Source: Syntrophomonadaceae bacterium (GTDB taxonomy: Bacteria > Bacillota > Dethiobacteria > DTU022). From it: 64,000 bases of DNA. Below, one piece after another: positions 60,671 through 64,000 of the stretch; the first letter of the stretch is position 1; each line of letters starts with the position of its first letter. The translations under genes and the position numbers were made by a program. Under the pieces are notes generated by a model, which was not told the origin of the DNA, searched no databases, and saw only the letters and a program-made list of their open reading frames with translations. The stretch is from positions 9,205-73,204 of the forward strand of contig PWYU01000057.1 in NCBI GenBank assembly GCA_003567725.1, read 5' to 3'.

Positions 60671-60716
60671 CTGCCCCAGACCTGTTTATTATAAAACAAG
60701 CCGTTTGGGGGCAGCT
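60671..60716. terminator. probable bidirectional terminator
   Basis: CTGCCCC...GGGGCAG stem between convergent gatB and serC. Confidence 0.55.
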
Positions 60717-60737
60717 CTTAACTAAAAATTCTCCCAA

Positions 60738-61859
60738 TTACTCCCTGACCTGGTGATAAGCCCATTCCAACCAGGGCATGGCTGCCTGAAGATCTTCTTT
60801 ATCCACGGTAGCGCCACACCAGAAACGCAAGCCCGGGGGAGCTTCCCGGTAAGAAGCGATATCATAGGCTGTCCCTTCCGTTTCGAGCAGATTGACCATT
60901 GTTTTGACCTGCTTGGGGCTTAGATCGGTTTTTAGGCAGACACTGGTATTGGATCTTATCGCTGGATCGGCAGCCAGGAAATCTATCCAGCTGTTTTTTT
61001 CAACAAAATTTTCAATAATGCCCAGGTTTTCTTCGCTGCGCCGGATTAATGCAGGCAGGCCTCCAATTTCTTCAGCCCATTTTAACGCATCAAGGTAATC
61101 TTCAACACAAAGCATGGAAGGGGTATTGATAGTCGATCCCATGAAGAGATCTTGCAGTACTCTATCACCTTTCTTTAGTCGAAATATCTTAGGCAACGGC
61201 CAGGGAGGGTTGTAATTTTCAAGGTGTTTTATCGCGCGAGGCGACAGGATAAGCATACCGTGCGCTGCTTCACCCCCTGGTACTTTTTGCCAGGAAAAGG
61301 TGGTTGCATCAAGCTTCTCCCAGGGTAGATCAACGGCAAATACAGCAGAAGTAGCATCACACAGGGTCAGGCCTTTGCGGTTATCAGGAATAAAGTTGCC
61401 GTTTGGCACCTTAACCCCACTGGTCGTACCATTCCAGGTAAAAACCAGATCATGTTTGAAATTAAGTTTTGATAAATCCGGTAATGAGCCGTAATCTGCT
61501 GCATGGTAGCGGGCTTTTTCCAATTTGAGTTGCTGCCTGATGTCATCAGCCCAGGTTTTTCCGAAGGATTCAAAATGGACCACATCTACCGGTTTGTCAC
61601 CAAGCAGGTTCCACATGGCCATTTCAAATGCTCCCGTATCTGAGCCAGGAACAATGCCCACCAGATAGTCTTCAGGCAATTTTAGGATTTCTTTGGTCTT
61701 AAAGATTGCTTTTTTCAGTTTTTCTTTGCCTACGCTACTGCGGTGCGACCGCCCCAGGGAGGCATCATGGAGCTTTTCCAGGGTGTAACCGGGATGCTTT
61801 GCGCATGGCCCCGATGAAAAGTATGGTTTTACAGGTTTCTTTTCGGGCTTTGTAGTCAT
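60738..61859 (-). CDS. serC: phosphoserine aminotransferase (Methanosarcina type)
   Basis: [41 protein letters not shown] and TINTPSML. Confidence 0.93.
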   Translation of the reverse strand: MTTKPEKKPVKPYFSSGPCAKHPGYTLEKLHDASLGRSHRSSVGKEKLKKAIFKTKEILKLPEDYLVGIVPGSDTGAFEMAMWNLLGDKPVDVVHFESFGKTWADDIRQQLKLEKARYHAADYGSLPDLSKLNFKHDLVFTWNGTTSGVKVPNGNFIPDNRKGLTLCDATSAVFAVDLPWEKLDATTFSWQKVPGGEAAHGMLILSPRAIKHLENYNPPWPLPKIFRLKKGDRVLQDLFMGSTINTPSMLCVEDYLDALKWAEEIGGLPALIRRSEENLGIIENFVEKNSWIDFLAADPAIRSNTSVCLKTDLSPKQVKTMVNLLETEGTAYDIASYREAPPGLRFWCGATVDKEDLQAAMPWLEWAYHQVRE

Positions 61860-61902
61860 TAGTGAAAACCTCCGTATCTACTTGAAACATTTCTTTTTAA
61901 TA

Positions 61903-62001
61903 TGAAAATCATATCTCAGCTCCTTATATAAGTAAATACCGATTGTGTCATTGATAATACGTGATATAATGCAGGTAAACCTAATTGATAATAACTCTCA
62001 A
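61903..62001. promoter_or_regulatory. Fur/Zur-family-like boxes upstream of the metal ABC operon
   Basis: TGAAAATCATATCTCA (61903-61918) and TTGATAATAACTCTCAA (61985-62001). Confidence 0.5.
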
Positions 62002-62120
62002 AAAGATCAAGCTATGCAAGATTTAAGTTTAGCATTTAAGCAGTAGTAATTTTAGGCTTTCACTGATCATAACTTGTATTTAATTGATGAATGATGAATC
62101 ATAAAATAGGAGGAAATAAC

Positions 62121-63116
62121 GTGTGGAGAAAAACTTTCACTTTAACAGCTATCCTGTTAATCATTTTATCTTTTATCGGTTGTGCTCCTGATGAAACCGG
62201 AATTAATGAAGAAGAGCCGGATCTTAGAATTGTTACCACTATTTACCCCCTGGCCGATATTGCCGGCCGGCTCGGCGGCGGTAAAGTTGAAGTTTCTTAC
62301 CTGTTACCAGCCGGATCCAGCCCCCACACCTATGAACCAACTGTTGAACAGGCCCGATTAATGGAGCAAGCAGATCTTTTAATATATGTTGGCGCCGATC
62401 TGGATAACTGGGCTGTCAATATGACTGATGCAATTGGCCCTGAATTAAACACTATCAATATCTCTGGTAAAGTTGATCTGATTGATGCGGCAGATTACTT
62501 CAGGCTTGAAGAAGAGTCAGAAGGCCATGATCATGATCGTGCTGGCTGTGAAGAACATGATGATCATGCTGATCACGATGGCTGTGGTCACGATCACGGT
62601 CCCGAAGATCCACATTTTTGGCTTGATCCAGTACTGGTGCGGGATTCGATTTGTCCTGCTATCCATGAAAAACTGATGGAGTTATATCCTGAAGGTAAGG
62701 ATTACTTTGAGAACAGGCATGAAGAGTACCGACAGGAATTGAATGTCTTAGATGAAGAAATAAATGATGCGGTATCCGGTTTTTCCAGAACAAACTTTAT
62801 CGCTTTTCATTCGGCCTGGCAGTATTTCACCCGACGCTACGGTCTGGAGGAGGTAGCAGTTATTGCCCAGTTTCCCGGCCAGGAACCGTCAGCGGGTTGG
62901 ATAGCTGAACTGGTAGATCTGATCAGGGAAGAAGAGATTGGAGCCATTTTTACAGAACCGCAGTTTTCGCCCGAATTGGCTGAAAGAATAGCAGAAGAAA
63001 GCGGAGCAGAGGTCATGATTATTGATCCCCTGGGGGGAGAAGGTGTTCCAGGGCGCGAATCATATTTGGAGCTGATGCGATTTAATCTGTCCGTGTTTAA
63101 AGAAGCGATGGAATAA
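62121..63116 (+). CDS. znuA: Zn/Mn ABC transporter substrate-binding lipoprotein
   Basis: Lipobox FIGC, SPHTYEP, His/Asp-rich loop, DPHFWLDP and FHSAWQYF; GTG start after AGGAGG. Confidence 0.9.
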   Translation: MWRKTFTLTAILLIILSFIGCAPDETGINEEEPDLRIVTTIYPLADIAGRLGGGKVEVSYLLPAGSSPHTYEPTVEQARLMEQADLLIYVGADLDNWAVNMTDAIGPELNTINISGKVDLIDAADYFRLEEESEGHDHDRAGCEEHDDHADHDGCGHDHGPEDPHFWLDPVLVRDSICPAIHEKLMELYPEGKDYFENRHEEYRQELNVLDEEINDAVSGFSRTNFIAFHSAWQYFTRRYGLEEVAVIAQFPGQEPSAGWIAELVDLIREEEIGAIFTEPQFSPELAERIAEESGAEVMIIDPLGGEGVPGRESYLELMRFNLSVFKEAME

Positions 63117-63124
63117 ACCATAAA

Positions 63125-63901
63125 GTGAGGCGGATATGTATTTTGGATGAAGTAGTTAAGGCTGCTAACCTGACCGTCAATCTGGGCGGGAAAACCGTTC
63201 TCGAAGATATTACATTTTTAGCTATAAGCGGTGAGATGACCGGTGTGATCGGTCCAAACGGAGCCGGTAAGACCACCCTTTTGCGGGCAGTGCTGGGGCT
63301 GGTTTCTGTCCAGCGGGGAAGCCTGACTGTATTTGGCAAAAGGGAAATAAAAGAAATCAGACCCAGGATTGGCTATATGCCTCAGCGTCATTTTTTTGAC
63401 CGGCGGTTTCTTCTTTCTGCCGCCGATGTGGTGGCTACAGGTTTGCTTTCGCCCCGCACTCTTTTGAGGAGGATTCCAAAGAAGAATCAACAGGTCAAGG
63501 ATGCCCTGCGGTTAGTAGGTATGGAGAACTTCTTCCATCAACCTTTTCAAAATTTATCCGGAGGGGAACAGCAGCGCGTTTTGTTGGCCCGGGCTTTGGC
63601 CAGACGCCCGGAATTATTACTGCTGGATGAACCGAATACCGGCCTTGATTTTCCGGCTCAGCGAAGCTTTGTGGAGCTATTGCGAAAACTCAAAGATAAA
63701 GAAGATATTGCTATCATCCTGGTTTCACATTATCTGGTTTCAATAGCTCCTGCAGCAGATAAACTACTTTGTATTAACCGGACCATGCATGTTCACGGTT
63801 ATCCGGCCGAAGTGCTGCGAAGCCCGCATCTTGATGAGGCTTATCGCTGTCAATTTGATTTTCTAACAACCGGGAGCGGGACTGAGAGGTGGTGGCATTG
63901 A
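63125..63901 (+). CDS. znuC: metal ABC transporter ATP-binding protein
   Basis: GPNGAGKTT, LSGGEQQR and LLLDEP. Confidence 0.9.
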   Translation: MRRICILDEVVKAANLTVNLGGKTVLEDITFLAISGEMTGVIGPNGAGKTTLLRAVLGLVSVQRGSLTVFGKREIKEIRPRIGYMPQRHFFDRRFLLSAADVVATGLLSPRTLLRRIPKKNQQVKDALRLVGMENFFHQPFQNLSGGEQQRVLLARALARRPELLLLDEPNTGLDFPAQRSFVELLRKLKDKEDIAIILVSHYLVSIAPAADKLLCINRTMHVHGYPAEVLRSPHLDEAYRCQFDFLTTGSGTERWWH

Positions 63902-64000
63902 GCGAAATTCTTGCCTATGGATTCATGCAAAGAGCTCTTTTAGCCGCCCTCCTGGTTGGAACCCTTTGTTCGATCATATCTTTTTTCGTCATACTGAAAA
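63898..64000 (+). CDS. znuB: metal ABC transporter permease (5' part only)
   Basis: TTG start overlapping the znuC stop; LAYGFMQRALLAALLVGTLCSIISFFVILK. Confidence 0.85.
   Translation, partial: MSEILAYGFMQRALLAALLVGTLCSIISFFVILK

Noticed and set aside
1-64000. tRNA (including selC), rRNA, prophage or intact transposase genes
   Set aside because: None recognised on either strand by eye

Overview
Bacterial DNA with Firmicute-like features (strong GGAGG ribosome-binding sites, lipoprotein-anchored and very acidic binding proteins), most likely from a strict anaerobe and possibly a halo/alkaliphile; taxonomy is inferred only. About 50 kb is an anaerobic aromatic-degradation region. It contains the ring-cleavage genes oah-dch-had, an AOR-type oxidoreductase, three CoA ligases, iorAB, a 2-hydroxyacyl-CoA dehydratase pair, a D-2-hydroxyacid dehydrogenase, two thiolases, a GAF/NarL two-component system, a TRAP transporter and a complete tungsten class II benzoyl-CoA reductase cluster (bamBCDEFGHI). 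Four genes that the ORF track splits at in-frame TGA codons are selenoproteins: BamE, BamF, PrxU and an ArsC/Spx-like UxxC protein. Less obvious signals: (1) a ~90-bp promoter/operator motif repeated before three catabolic operons; (2) a miniature IS200/IS605 relic plus a second ~92% identical copy of its structured right end (omega-RNA-like scaffold) with a different 3' flank; (3) IS66-like MITEs with 8-bp target duplications; (4) REP-like hairpins, one of which forms the 3' end of gatA; (5) a GatA lacking its catalytic serine; (6) two probable ATT start codons. No rRNA, tRNA or CRISPR array was seen.
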